Shown here piece after piece: positions 36,660 through 48,810 of a stretch of DNA of 50,829 nucleotides. Source of the stretch: Octopus bimaculoides (lineage: Eukaryota); NCBI RefSeq assembly GCF_001194135.2, contig NC_068983.1, forward strand, positions 135,242,614-135,293,442, in the 5' to 3' direction. Under the pieces are notes generated by a model. That model made no database searches. It was not told where the DNA came from and worked only from the letters and a program-made list of their open reading frames with translations. The stretch's first letter is position 1; every line of letters begins with the position of its first letter. The position numbers and the translations under genes were made by a program.

Positions 36660-36926
36660 AAAACAATTGCAGCGTGGAAGGTGTTTATAATCCATTTAAG
36701 AAACACAAAAACCGTTAGATTCACTTCAACATTTAAATCTAATTTGCCAAAATATTTTCGTCGCTTTGAGACCGCGACCACTGACAAAATTCCGTGCAGC
36801 ACGGAATTTTGTGTGTTTCTTAAATGGCTTATAAACACCTTCCACGCTGCAATTGTTTTCGTTCTAGCACACGATCTCAGATCAGGTCACTTGCTATGCA
36901 AGTATATCTCCGTAAAGAATTGAATT
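36660..36926. mobile_element. Inverted-junction repeat resembling Penelope pLTRs
   Basis: ~50-bp near-perfect IR (36661-36710 / 36807-36859), palindrome aaaattccgtgc-a-gcacggaatttt, and a hammerhead-like relic on the minus strand. Confidence 0.55.
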
Positions 36927-37507
36927 NNNNNNNNNNNNNNNNNNNNNNNNNNNNNNNNNNNNNNNNNNNNNNNNNNNNNNNNNNNNNNNNNNNNNNNNNN
37001 NNNNNNNNNNNNNNNNNNNNNNNNNNNNNNNNNNNNNNNNNNNNNNNNNNNNNNNNNNNNNNNNNNNNNNNNNNNNNNNNNNNNNNNNNNNNNNNNNNNN
37101 NNNNNNNNNNNNNNNNNNNNNNNNNNNNNNNNNNNNNNNNNNNNNNNNNNNNNNNNNNNNNNNNNNNNNNNNNNNNNNNNNNNNNNNNNNNNNNNNNNNN
37201 NNNNNNNNNNNNNNNNNNNNNNNNNNNNNNNNNNNNNNNNNNNNNNNNNNNNNNNNNNNNNNNNNNNNNNNNNNNNNNNNNNNNNNNNNNNNNNNNNNNN
37301 NNNNNNNNNNNNNNNNNNNNNNNNNNNNNNNNNNNNNNNNNNNNNNNNNNNNNNNNNNNNNNNNNNNNNNNNNNNNNNNNNNNNNNNNNNNNNNNNNNNN
37401 NNNNNNNNNNNNNNNNNNNNNNNNNNNNNNNNNNNNNNNNNNNNNNNNNNNNNNNNNNNNNNNNNNNNNNNNNNNNNNNNNNNNNNNNNNNNNNNNNNNN
37501 NNNNNNN

Positions 37508-37566
37508 CCATGCCTACGCACAGCCATGCCTACGCACAGCCATGCCTACGCACAGCCATGCCTACG
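37508..37566. repeat. 16-bp tandem repeat (ccatgcctacgcacag x3.7)
   Basis: Directly visible at a gap edge; the reverse complement resembles the SINE-A 5' end (aggcatggctgtg). Confidence 0.9.
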
Positions 37567-38146
37567 TACTTTTAACTTAATTCAAATATTTTTCTCTATT
37601 CATTAAAATCACAAACATAGACGATTGAGCCAATGGAAATTTTGAAACAAATTTTCTAACAGTTTTCCTTGTTTTTCGTTCATTTATGATTTCATATTTC
37701 GTATTTCAAGTTATGTTTTCCATTTCATTATAACATCAATAACATTTGTCGCTGTATTATCTTTCAATTTACCGTAGTGAATGAATTAATTTATAAAATT
37801 TTAAACAAAATATATGTGAAAAGATTGTAAATATGGCATGCATGCACAATTGTTAACAGGTAAACTAAGTGAACGGCTGAATGAATGAATGAACGAATAC
37901 TCATGCACATATCGATGTGTAAGCTGGTAATTGACTTGTAAAATAATCAATATAAATATTTACCTTTTATATTCTGCAATTCAATTTTAAAGGTTAATTT
38001 TATAATGTTAAAAATATAGTAAAGCGGCTGATTATTAAGTGAGGAAGGTCGTTAAGCGAGGTATTGCTGTGGTATATGTGTGAGTTCGTGCATTCAAGCG
38101 TGCGTGTGTGTGTTGTATGTGTGTGTGTGTTGTATGTGTGTGTGTG

Positions 38147-38192
<46 letters not shown>

Positions 38193-38639
38193 GAATAGCA
38201 TATGAACAGGGCAGGAAAGACAACAAGTCATTTATAACATTTTTATGCACAAGAGAGCACAGAAAGATATAAATTTAGCATAACAACTAGACGAGAATTT
38301 AGGTGGTCCTTCATGTTGACTCAACTTAGATAAGTAAATGCAGGTAGTTCTTTACAGCTGTTTCAGGGGTAGATGGTCCTTAGAAGCAGTTATGTGCATA
38401 TTATCCATGTATACATAAGGCAGATTGGTTCAAATTACTGTATATGAAGCAGCACAGTCGTAAGTTGTACGATGAGACTAGCCCATCATCAGAAGAAAAG
38501 CTCCACCTATATATTGCCTGTAGCAAACTCTCAAACTCAGTTATATCATTGACGGCAGGTATGTAATTATACAGTCTAAAACAACAATATGTAATTTCTT
38601 TAACTAAAAAGACTTGTCAGTCTGACCCTTGGTCCCGGC

Positions 38640-39231
38640 GGACAGAATGGGGAAGGGGTTATTTCAGTGGATGACGTGGGAGACTCGCAGAAACAGTCAC
38701 TCCGACTGACGGGGCCTACGAATAGCCCTCTCCAGCCCTATAGCAGTGAGAAGGGATGTAGCCCGGGGGCCAAGAACGCTTGAGGTCTCCGTTGCCACCG
38801 ATTTGACAACAGACTTGTCAGAGAGCGATCGATACTTAGTTTACATTTTTCAGTGTGACGGGCAGCGCAGCCTGGGCTGTAGTCGAACACACCAGGATGT
38901 AACTGGAGAATGCCACACGACATGTGGCATCCCAGATGAAGGTCCTGCCACCGTGGACAGGAAATTTGTCATGCTGTCTGGCCTTTTACCGTCCCCTTTG
39001 TCCAGTCTCGCTGGCACGAGCTGGGAGGGGAAGCCAGCGACATCCAGGCCACGGTTTATGATCTCATTGAGAGCAGCATAGCGTGGAATACAACCAGCAC
39101 TATGATGAGATGACAATGGGTAGAGGTCAAAAGAATCCACAGTGGATCTGCAGCTCACAGATCCGGGAGCCGTGCTTCAGTGAAACACCAATTTGTTTAG
39201 CAATCACTATCCGGCTGATACCAGTCGAGAG
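38640..39231 (-). pseudogene. CRE-like non-LTR retrotransposon 3' part (zinc knuckle plus RLE), decayed
   Basis: HSAGCIPRYAALNEIINRGL..AGFPSQLVPARLDKGDGKRPDSMT / IWDATC / PGCAARHTE / VATETSSVLGPRATSLL; GDGKRPD and WDATC are typical of this group. Confidence 0.85.
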
Positions 39232-39987
39232 NNNNNNNNNNNNNNNNNNNNNNNNNNNNNNNNNNNNNNNNNNNNNNNNNNNNNNNNNNNNNNNNNNNNN
39301 NNNNNNNNNNNNNNNNNNNNNNNNNNNNNNNNNNNNNNNNNNNNNNNNNNNNNNNNNNNNNNNNNNNNNNNNNNNNNNNNNNNNNNNNNNNNNNNNNNNN
39401 NNNNNNNNNNNNNNNNNNNNNNNNNNNNNNNNNNNNNNNNNNNNNNNNNNNNNNNNNNNNNNNNNNNNNNNNNNNNNNNNNNNNNNNNNNNNNNNNNNNN
39501 NNNNNNNNNNNNNNNNNNNNNNNNNNNNNNNNNNNNNNNNNNNNNNNNNNNNNNNNNNNNNNNNNNNNNNNNNNNNNNNNNNNNNNNNNNNNNNNNNNNN
39601 NNNNNNNNNNNNNNNNNNNNNNNNNNNNNNNNNNNNNNNNNNNNNNNNNNNNNNNNNNNNNNNNNNNNNNNNNNNNNNNNNNNNNNNNNNNNNNNNNNNN
39701 NNNNNNNNNNNNNNNNNNNNNNNNNNNNNNNNNNNNNNNNNNNNNNNNNNNNNNNNNNNNNNNNNNNNNNNNNNNNNNNNNNNNNNNNNNNNNNNNNNNN
39801 NNNNNNNNNNNNNNNNNNNNNNNNNNNNNNNNNNNNNNNNNNNNNNNNNNNNNNNNNNNNNNNNNNNNNNNNNNNNNNNNNNNNNNNNNNNNNNNNNNNN
39901 NNNNNNNNNNNNNNNNNNNNNNNNNNNNNNNNNNNNNNNNNNNNNNNNNNNNNNNNNNNNNNNNNNNNNNNNNNNNNNNNNNNNNNN

Positions 39988-40022
<35 letters not shown>

Positions 40023-40836
40023 TATATATATATATATACGCATACAACACAGGCTCCCACACAGTTTCTATCTTCCAAATTCCACTCAAAGTATTGGTCA
40101 ACCCGAAGAGATTATGATAGCAGACTCTTGCCCAAGTATCACGCCATGTGACCGAACCGGGAACAATTCTCATATGAGGCAAATCTCATTACAGCATGGC
40201 CCATCCTGTAACGCAAATCAACTAATGAACACTTGACCTACAACTTGGTCACACATGTAAATTGTCTAGTAAATATCTCGTCTCTTCAGATCATTAAATG
40301 CGAAAGTAACGAAACTAGCAATCGCATATTCCATGATTTGTCGATAATAATTGCATATATGCATTATCAAGTCGGCCTACTACATCTATCACATTGAATA
40401 TATGACATTATAAAGAAACAGAGCAAAGAAATCTAAGGAAGTGAGAAAGAAATAGAAAAAGAAAATAGAAGAAAAAGTAGAAACAGTACAGTAGTGTACA
40501 GCGTTTGAAAATTCATAAATCTGACTCTTTTGTCAAAAGATTTGTAAACCTCCTTTTAAAAGAATTCAGTGAATATCCATTGAGAGCCATTCCTTGTCGT
40601 ATCAGACGATAACGCTAATCAGGTTTTCCCCAGATCAATAGCATCTGTTAATCGATAATTGAAGCACAACGTTTACTTTTTTTCTTTTTCTTCCTTCTTC
40701 CTATTCATTTATTTTCAATATCCATAACATTCTAAGTTCAAATCCCACCAGAGTATGCTTTGTCTTTCTTTTCTTCGCGAATTGACAAAATAAAAATCAA
40801 TCAGACATGTTTGTTAGAAATTAGTATTCATTCACA

Positions 40837-40894
40837 ATATGTTATCCCTGATGATGCGTATATCAGTATACTCGAATAGATGTGTATAATGTAT
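40837..40894 (+). ncRNA. Degenerate minimal type I hammerhead-like motif
   Basis: Stem I pairs at 10 of 11 positions (two G-U), CUGAUGA intact (40848-40854), stem II GUAUA/UAUAC, then GAAU instead of GAAA and no clean stem III. Confidence 0.45.
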
Positions 40895-41751
40895 GTATGA
40901 TTGACTGTAGATTCCATGTTATATGTTTAATTCTGTCACCCCATTGCGGAGAAATACGAATTAATTTGAATGTTGGTGTTTATATGACAATCGATAAGGA
41001 AGTACTAATACACAAATTGCGTTATAGAAATTCAAGAATTTAACATAAACATTTAAAGAATTGTTGATAAAAGTGATAGAAGAATGTTGTATCAACAATT
41101 TCTATCATTTCTGTCAATAGATAAAATCGGCCTCAACTGACTAATAGAAACACAAAAATTATCAAATTCCAAGTCTTTGGAAGACAAAAGTTGAGATTAT
41201 ACTGAAAGTTCATTTAACAGATTAATTCAACAGCAAAGCTTTCGCGCAACGAAAATGCATAGCTGGATTATCAAATAATTCTCAGGTGGTTGCTTGGTTG
41301 TTCCAATGTTTCAGTCACGCAGTCACCGCGGTAATGCCGTGAAATAGAGAAAGATTTCTATTCGTATGTTATCCTTTCTGCCTTTTGTCAGTTGTAACAA
41401 CCTAAGATGTTATACGTCGAGTGGCATAAATTTGTGCTACAAGCAAAGCAGCATAGAAACATTCCCGAGGAGTTACTATGATTTCAAATATATGCTATTT
41501 GTTGGGGGTAAACCTCCAGGTGGTGAGGGGGGGATTGAAAGTCATTCGGACACGTTAACAGAAATTTGCATTTATTATTGTAAATGTATGTAGTCATTTC
41601 TCGACAGCATTTGAACCAGAATTTCGTTAACTCTATTCTATGAACATTGTCTTCACAAACATAGCTGAAACTGTATTGCTTATAGCTGCATAACTGGAAC
41701 AATAGTGATCAGGAGACGTAGATTAATGATATTTAGATGTGATATTTGAAA

Positions 41752-41876
41752 AGTGTCACTGTATGGTATGAAGTTTGCTTCCCAACCACATGATTTCGAT
41801 TCAGTCCCACTGCATGGCACCTTGGGCAAGTGTTTTCAATGAATTTGGTAGACGAAAACTGAAAGAATCCGGTTGC

Positions 41877-41923
<47 letters not shown>

Positions 41924-42130
41924 TATGTGTGTGTCTTTGTTTTTCCCCCTCAGTTGCTTGACAGGTGGTGTTGGTGTCCTCGTAACTTGTCTGTTTACGT
42001 GCTCGTAATGTAGTGCAGCATAAGAGGTCGATAGAATAAGTACCAGACTTTTAAAAAATGTAAGTACTGGGTCGATTCATTCGACTAAAATCCTTCAAGG
42101 CCGCCATCCAATGACTGAAACAAGATAAAA
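41752..42130 (+). mobile_element. SINE family A, near-full diverged copy
   Basis: gattcagtcccactgcatggcaccttgggcaagtg, internal (TA)n, tail atgactgaaacaag. Confidence 0.85.
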
Positions 42131-42600
42131 AATACTACCTTTTCTTTTGGCAATTATTTTTTTTGTGCACGCAAAAATCTCTCTTGTGCAGTGATTGAAG
42201 AGCGTAGGTGCGCGTACATCGGAAATGAAATTCAAATGAGTAAATTGAAAAAAGCAAAAAGGCCGGGCTTCCCATCCTAGGCGAGAGACATTTCTCAAAT
42301 CATAAGGTGATTCCGATTCATATAATTTCTGCTGCTGCTGTCACCGTTTCAACTACAAATTTATTAGAATGGTGTTCCTAAGCCTGCAGAACTACATGAT
42401 CTGTATTGCTGTACTTTCATCAATGCAATATTTGCATTTTCCAATATTGGCGATTTAAATTTGTTTATTCTCAGTTAGATATTAATTGTAACTACGAGCG
42501 TTAATATTGGTTTCAAATTTTGGTACAAGGCCGTTGGCATGCCCGGCATGCCCGGCATGCTTAATGATACTGCTGCTACTGTTGTATTGAGTTGTAATAT

Positions 42601-42812
42601 CTAGTACAGATTGTTAACACGCTGGTCAAAATGCTTAGCGTCATTTTGTCTGTCTTTACGTTCTAAATTCAAATTCCGCCGAACGATGTCGACTTTGCCT
42701 TTCATCCTTTCGGGGACGATAAAATAAGTACCAGTTGAAGACTGGGGTTAATGCAAGGGCTTACGCTCTTCCCTGAACTTGCTGGCCTTGTGCCAAAAAT
42801 TGAAACCCATAT
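42601..42812 (+). mobile_element. SINE family B
   Basis: aaatgcttagcg...ttcaaattccgccg...gtcgactttgcctttcatcctttcgggg. Confidence 0.85.
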
Positions 42813-43608
42813 CTTGTACAGATCACCATTATTCTGAGGTAAAATTCTGTTACATAAAGAAGGGTCACTACTTTGAAATAGCAGCTTGAGACGAATGTCT
42901 CCTCTTCAAAGAACACATTGGAAAACAACCTGATTTTACTGAGATACAGCAAAAATAGGAATCTCTTCAGTAACAATGTCGAATTATTATATCGACTTCT
43001 GATCTTCGGCTTTTATATTTCTATAATATAATGGAAGAGAAGAAGAAAAAAATAATTAAGAAGTTTTGGTGATAATTGGCGGGTTCAAGAAAGTTGTGTC
43101 TTTCATTCATAATTTGCGATGAGGGAGACAGAATCAAAATGGTTTATTTACACTGTTTCAAAGGCATGTATGTTCCCCAAATAGCTGTAGTACGAACTAT
43201 GAACAGATAAACAAAGGAAATGTAAACATGAAATATTTCTTTTCATAGAATCATCTCTAGAAGTGGGTGAGACAGAAAGTCAGAGACGGGAAAGGGAGAA
43301 AGCGAAAGAGAGAGAGACAGACAGACAGACAGGCAGACAGAGTAATTGAAACGTTTCACTAACAGGCATCAAGTCAACATAAAACTGAATTTTATAGTTA
43401 TCAAGTTCGTGTTACTCTGTTTTGTGCGTAGGAAAGAGGGGAAGTCAGTAAAAATATAATTCTATGCTACTGGTGTCAGGGCAGTTGAGTGATGCTAAGG
43501 TCAGAATGTACCGAACTTTCGACACAGATTCGATGTTCAGTTGAAGCATTTAACTAACGCAGTTCTAAACTATGACTTCCTGCGTAGCCAATAGTTTGAA
43601 AGGAATAA

Positions 43609-43809
43609 GGCAGAAACGTTAGCACGCCGGGCGAAATGCTTAGCAGTATTTCGTCTGTCTTTATGTTCTGAGTTCAAATTCTGCCGAGGTCGACTTTGCC
43701 TTTCATCCTTTCGGGGTCGATAACCTAAGTACCAGTTGTGTACTGGTGTCGATCTAATCGACTGGCTCCCTCTCCCAAAATTTCAAGCCTTGTGTCTAGA
43801 GTAGAAAAG
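43609..43809 (+). mobile_element. SINE family B with 18-bp TSD
   Basis: Flanks AATAGTTTGAAAGGAATA (43590-43607) and AATAGTTTAAAAGGAATA (43810-43827); B box gagttcaaattc. Confidence 0.92.
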
Positions 43810-44217
43810 AATAGTTTAAAAGGAATAGACACCAACGGCCTGACATGTTCTTGACACTTGAGTGGTGATCTTGCAACACACTAATGATTATAATTTTCAT
43901 TTACTGATACCAATGAAAAATATGACAAATAGATGCAGGCATAACTATGATTATGAATTTCTCTTAGCAACCACGTGGTTCTGGGTTCGATCCCACAGTG
44001 CGGCACTCAGTGAAAATGACGTGTGCTGACCGATGCTGTGTGAGACAAATTTGGTACAAGTGACGTAGATTTTGTTACATTTGTAATTCACTGTACAGTA
44101 TGAGAAACATTCACTCCTATTAGCATTCGTTCATGTTATCGCAATAAGGTGTCAACTTGTACGAAAAATATTTCTCTTCGGAAGGCTCAGAGTAGATTAT
44201 AAATATATTTCACTGTA

Positions 44218-44432
44218 AGGTGACGAGCTAGCAGAATCGTTATCACGGACAAAATGCTTAGTGACATTTCTTCCGGCTTTTCACTTTTCTGAGTTCAAAT
44301 TCTGCTGAGGTCAACTTTACATTTCGTCCTTTTGGCTACGATAAAATAAGTATCAGTCAAGGACTGGGACTGTGTAATAAACTAAGCTTCCCACCAATAT
44401 TACTGACAGTGAACCAAGATATGAAACCATTA
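44218..44432 (+). mobile_element. SINE family B, diverged
   Basis: gagctagcagaatcgtta...gagttcaaattctgctgaggtcaac...gataaaataagtatcag. Confidence 0.85.
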
Positions 44433-44526
44433 TCATATTCAACGTATTTCTCAATATTCTGCATAGAATTGCAGTGGTCACTCATAAACTTTATTAATTC
44501 CTCAAATTGTAAGGATTAGTCCGAGG

Positions 44527-44682
44527 CAGGGGCGGACTGAGAGTATTACGGGCCCTCGGGCATAAGTGTGTACCGGGCCTCTTAGCATTGATATCAATGG
44601 AGTTAACATGTAGAGTGCGGGCCCCTCAGAGCTCCGGGCCCTCGGGCAGTGTCCGATTAACCGAGGACTCAGTCTGCCCCTG
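44527..44682. mobile_element. 156-bp hAT MITE with perfect 8-bp TSD
   Basis: TSD GTCCGAGG at 44519-44526 and 44683-44690; TIRs CAGGGGCGGACTGAG / CTCAGTCTGCCCCTG; gggccctcgggca occurs twice internally. Confidence 0.92.
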
Positions 44683-45668
44683 GTCCGAGGTGTTAGAGCA
44701 GTGCCCATCGCTGTTTTAGTTCACATGGCGATGTATTTAGGGAGCAAGGGTTATGTATAGTTCGTGATGTATATTTTATTAGTTTTTATAAGCTTATATG
44801 CCAGCAAGGTATTTTGATATCAAATTTTGTTGCCGTCAGCATTGTCTATGCCTGGACGATGTGTGCTTCCACACGACAAAAGTTTAACAGAAGTGAATCT
44901 TGTGAATCTTGTGAATTTAGCATAAGTCTATAACTTATCTAATGAAGAATAAGGAGGCATGGCATGTATTTAGTGTCTTGAGTCCCAGTAACTTTCTCCG
45001 GCCGTTGAAGGTCTAACAGAATTATTGCGCCGAAGGCTAGTCATTCAAACGTACTTCTTATCGTTTTTATGTTTCTACACATTTCTTGAAGTAAATGCTT
45101 TCCTTTTGTTAGAATTCAGACAATATGTACATTGAGTAGTAAAGAGTCTTGTGTTCAGATATTTTATTCTACTTATTTATTTTCGATTGAATATATTTTG
45201 TTTACTTAAAAATTGGAATTTTGGAAAATAAAAGTTTCTTTTTACAACCGCGATTTCCGTTTTTGTTTACATGAAATTATAAAAAAAAAAAAATTTTAAG
45301 GTTTGGCTCTTATTTCTAGCATGTGGAGANNNNNNNNNNNNNNNNNNNNNNNNNNNNNNNNNNNNNNNNNNNNNNNNNNNNNNNNNNNNNNNNNNNNNNN
45401 NNNNNNNNNNNNNNNNNNNNNNNNNNNNNNNNNNNNNNNNNNNNNNNNNNNNNNNNNNNNNNNNNNNNNNNNNNNNNNNNNNNNNNNNNNNNNNNNNNNN
45501 NNNNNNNNNNNNNNNNNNNNNNNNNNNNNNNNNNNNNNNNNNNNNNNNNNNNNNNNNNNNNNNNNNNNNNNNNNNNNNNNNNNNNNNNNNNNNNNNNNNN
45601 NNNNNNNNNNNNNNNNNNNNNNNNNNNNNNNNNNNNNNNNNNNNNNNNNNNNNNNNNNNNNNNNNNNN

Positions 45669-45760
45669 ATGGGACTTTTGTCCATGGGGCTTTTGTCCAT
45701 GGGGCTTTTGTACATGGTGCTTTTGTCCTAAGGGTGGGGGGGGTCTTTGTCCGAATTCCG
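45669..45760. mobile_element. End of a DNA transposon with 15-bp subterminal repeats (Mutator-like), truncated by a gap
   Basis: ggggcttttgtccat-type repeat x4, ending ...tttgtccgaattccg; same repeat style as 13016-13304. Confidence 0.55.
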
Positions 45761-47234
45761 CATTTCTGATGGCAAGAGTGACAAGGGGGTGCCTATAATT
45801 CAACACAGAACGAATACTACGGACAATTGCTTCGAAACGTCCAGTTTCTATATCCAAATAATAAATTCATATTTATACTAATAATAAATGGTACACTTGC
45901 TTTTGTGATTAAATCTCTAAGAGAAAATTCGGATAAGCTAAGCTTTTCAGAAAAATAAATCAGCCAGCTAACTTACTCATTATAAATACGATATGTAAGT
46001 GGAACATTAAAAATATGCAAGATTTTCCTGAAGTTTAAGATGTTAATTTGTTTTTGATATCTACATTCCAACGACGGAGCTTTGTATCTTTGTTAGAAAC
46101 CAGCTCCTTTCTCAGAGTGAAGATTTCAAATAACTGAAAAGAGAAGAGAACATATATTCTTCACAATTTCCTCGCCTAAATTCCACTCATCAGGTATTGT
46201 CCAACTCAATGCTAAGATAGAAAATACATGTCCAGCGGAATTGCTCTTTGAGATCGAACCCAAAACCACGACGTTGAGAATCAAAACTTCTTTACCACAC
46301 AACCTTGCTGGTACATCTTGTTCGATTCCTCAAAGTTCCATAGGATTGCTTTCCAAATGAAATTAAATTCAGAAATAAACTACATATGGCTTATATTAAA
46401 AACAAACTAAATACTATATATACGCGTGTTGCTGCTGCTGCTGCTGCTGCTTGTATGTTTGAGCGCGTGTGCTTAGGAAATGAGACTTATGAACCGACTC
46501 TAATTACGTCCTTTGCTAATTGTTTATTTAACATATGTTACATGTAACTTTACATTAAGTATCTTTTTACAACACGGTGTTGTTTGAGAGAAGCATGTGG
46601 TGGCTATTTAAGCATGAAATTAATTAATATATGTAGTTATTAATATGACATTAAAATGGTAATAGCTATTTATATGACATCAATATGTTGATATTTCATA
46701 ATCATACCATTTAGTAAAGCACACTTATTTCTCGTACAGTCTTTTCTTCTGCAATCTACCCAGTCTTTAACTGCCTATTTTCATACGTCTCCTGGAACCT
46801 AGACTGTCTTTTTACACACACACACATACACTCCCCCCTCTCTCTCTCTCCTTTTCACTTTCTCGATTATTCGCTCTATTTTCTTCCTTTTCTGCTTTTC
46901 CTGTTATCTTCCATACTCTCTAATTCATTTCATTCTTACGCCTCTATTCTCTTTCAAAATCAAAACTGCGCTCGCTCCTCTCATCTTCTACTCCTTTCTC
47001 TTCCCCTCTTTTCATTTTCAGCTTCATTTAATAAAACTCCTTACTCTTCTCCACTATNNNNNNNNNNNNNNNNNNNNNNNNNNNNNNNNNNNNNNNNNNN
47101 NNNNNNNNNNNNNNNNNNNNNNNNNNNNNNNNNNNNNNNNNNNNNNNNNNNNNNNNNNNNNNNNNNNNNNNNNNNNNNNNNNNNNNNNNNNNNNNNNNNN
47201 NNNNNNNNNNNNNNNNNNNNNNNNNNNNNNNNNN

Positions 47235-47355
47235 TCATTCTCATCTTCCTTCTCCTCTCTTCTTCCTCCTCTTCCTCTTCTTCTTCTTCTTCTTCTTCTT
47301 CTTCTTCTTCTTCTTCTTCTTCTTCTTCTTCTTCTTCTTCTTCTTCTTCTTCTTT
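47235..47355. repeat. (TTC)n microsatellite
   Basis: Directly visible; explains the poly-Glu ORF. Confidence 0.95.
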
Positions 47356-48499
47356 ACCCTCTCTCAATATGTACTCACAGATATCTCTATTTATTATGTT
47401 TTTCGGTCTTCCAGCTATTTAATAGCTGCCATGCTTAAAACAATTTAAAGAGCTTTAAGAACATCCAGAAGAACATCTAAGAACATCTCAGAAGATATAT
47501 GAAAGAACAACGCAATAAAATATTGGCAAAAATATCGATTATTGATTGTCGTTAGTGCAATCAGTTCGAGAATAAATCATATCAATCACATTATTCATGG
47601 AATTGTTATAAATTTTAACAAACACATAGAATAGTTTTTTAATAATTTTTTTAATATTTTCTAAATTCATTTTGTTTCAACTTTTTGATTATACTTAACT
47701 TTTTGTATGTTTTTTTTTTTTGCTCTATAATTTTATGTTTATATTGATTTCAAGTTAATTTCTTTAAATCATGCAACATTACATTGTNNNNNNNNNNNNN
47801 NNNNNNNNNNNNNNNNNNNNNNNNNNNNNNNNNNNNNNNNNNNNNNNNNNNNNNNNNNNNNNNNNNNNNNNNNNNNNNNNNNNNNNNNNNNNNNNNNNNN
47901 NNNNNNNNNNNNNNNNNNNNNNNNNNNNNNNNNNNNNNNNNNNNNNNNNNNNNNNNNNNNNNNNNNNNNNNNNNNNNNNNNNNNNNNNNNNNNNNNNNNN
48001 NNNNNNNNNNNNNNNNNNNNNNNNNNNNNNNNNNNNNNNNNNNNNNNNNNNNNNNNNNNNNNNNNNNNNNNNNNNNNNNNNNNNNNNNNNNNNNNNNNNN
48101 NNNNNNNNNNNNNNNNNNNNNNNNNNNNNNNNNNNNNNNNNNNNNNNNNNNNNNNNNNNNNNNNNNNNNNNNNNNNNNNNNNNNNNNNNNNNNNNNNNNN
48201 NNNNNNNNNNNNNNNNNNNNNNNNNNNNNNNNNNNNNNNNNNNNNNNNNNNNNNNNNNNNNNNNNNNNNNNNNNNNNNNNNNNNNNNNNNNNNNNNNNNN
48301 NNNNNNNNNNNNNNNNNNNNNNNNNNNNNNNNNNNNNNNNNNNNNNNNNNNNNNNNNNNNNNNNNNNNNNNNNNNNNNNNNNNNNNNNNNNNNNNNNNNN
48401 NNNNNNNNNNNNNNNNNNNNNNNNNNNNNNNNNNNNNNNNNNNNNNNNNNNNNNNNNNNNNNNNNNNNNNNNNNNNNNNNNNNNNNNNNNNNNNNNNNN

Positions 48500-48535
<36 letters not shown>

Positions 48536-48810
48536 GAACAGAAGTGATCACTCTAGCAATTCCATATTTTAATAAATGGTGATTTCTGTTAGCAGGAAGG
48601 TAAAAATATACAATTACTACGATATTTATCAGCCATTTCAAATTTTCAAAGAAAGGAAACAGAAAATTCGATACTGATGAGATTTGAATCACGGAACATT
48701 TATTAGGGATATTCAGTTTTGATTTTTGTAGGTAATATTTCATGAATATGATATGAATTTAGCAGCAACAAAAGATTGTTGAATGGTTTTATTATTACAT
48801 TAATGTATAA

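Noticed and set aside
48671-48705. CTGATGA-GAT/ATC-ACGGAAC hammerhead-like string (similar weak hits at 18726, 20648, 23562, 36219, 38488)
   Set aside because: GAAA is missing or misplaced and no stem I; at chance level.
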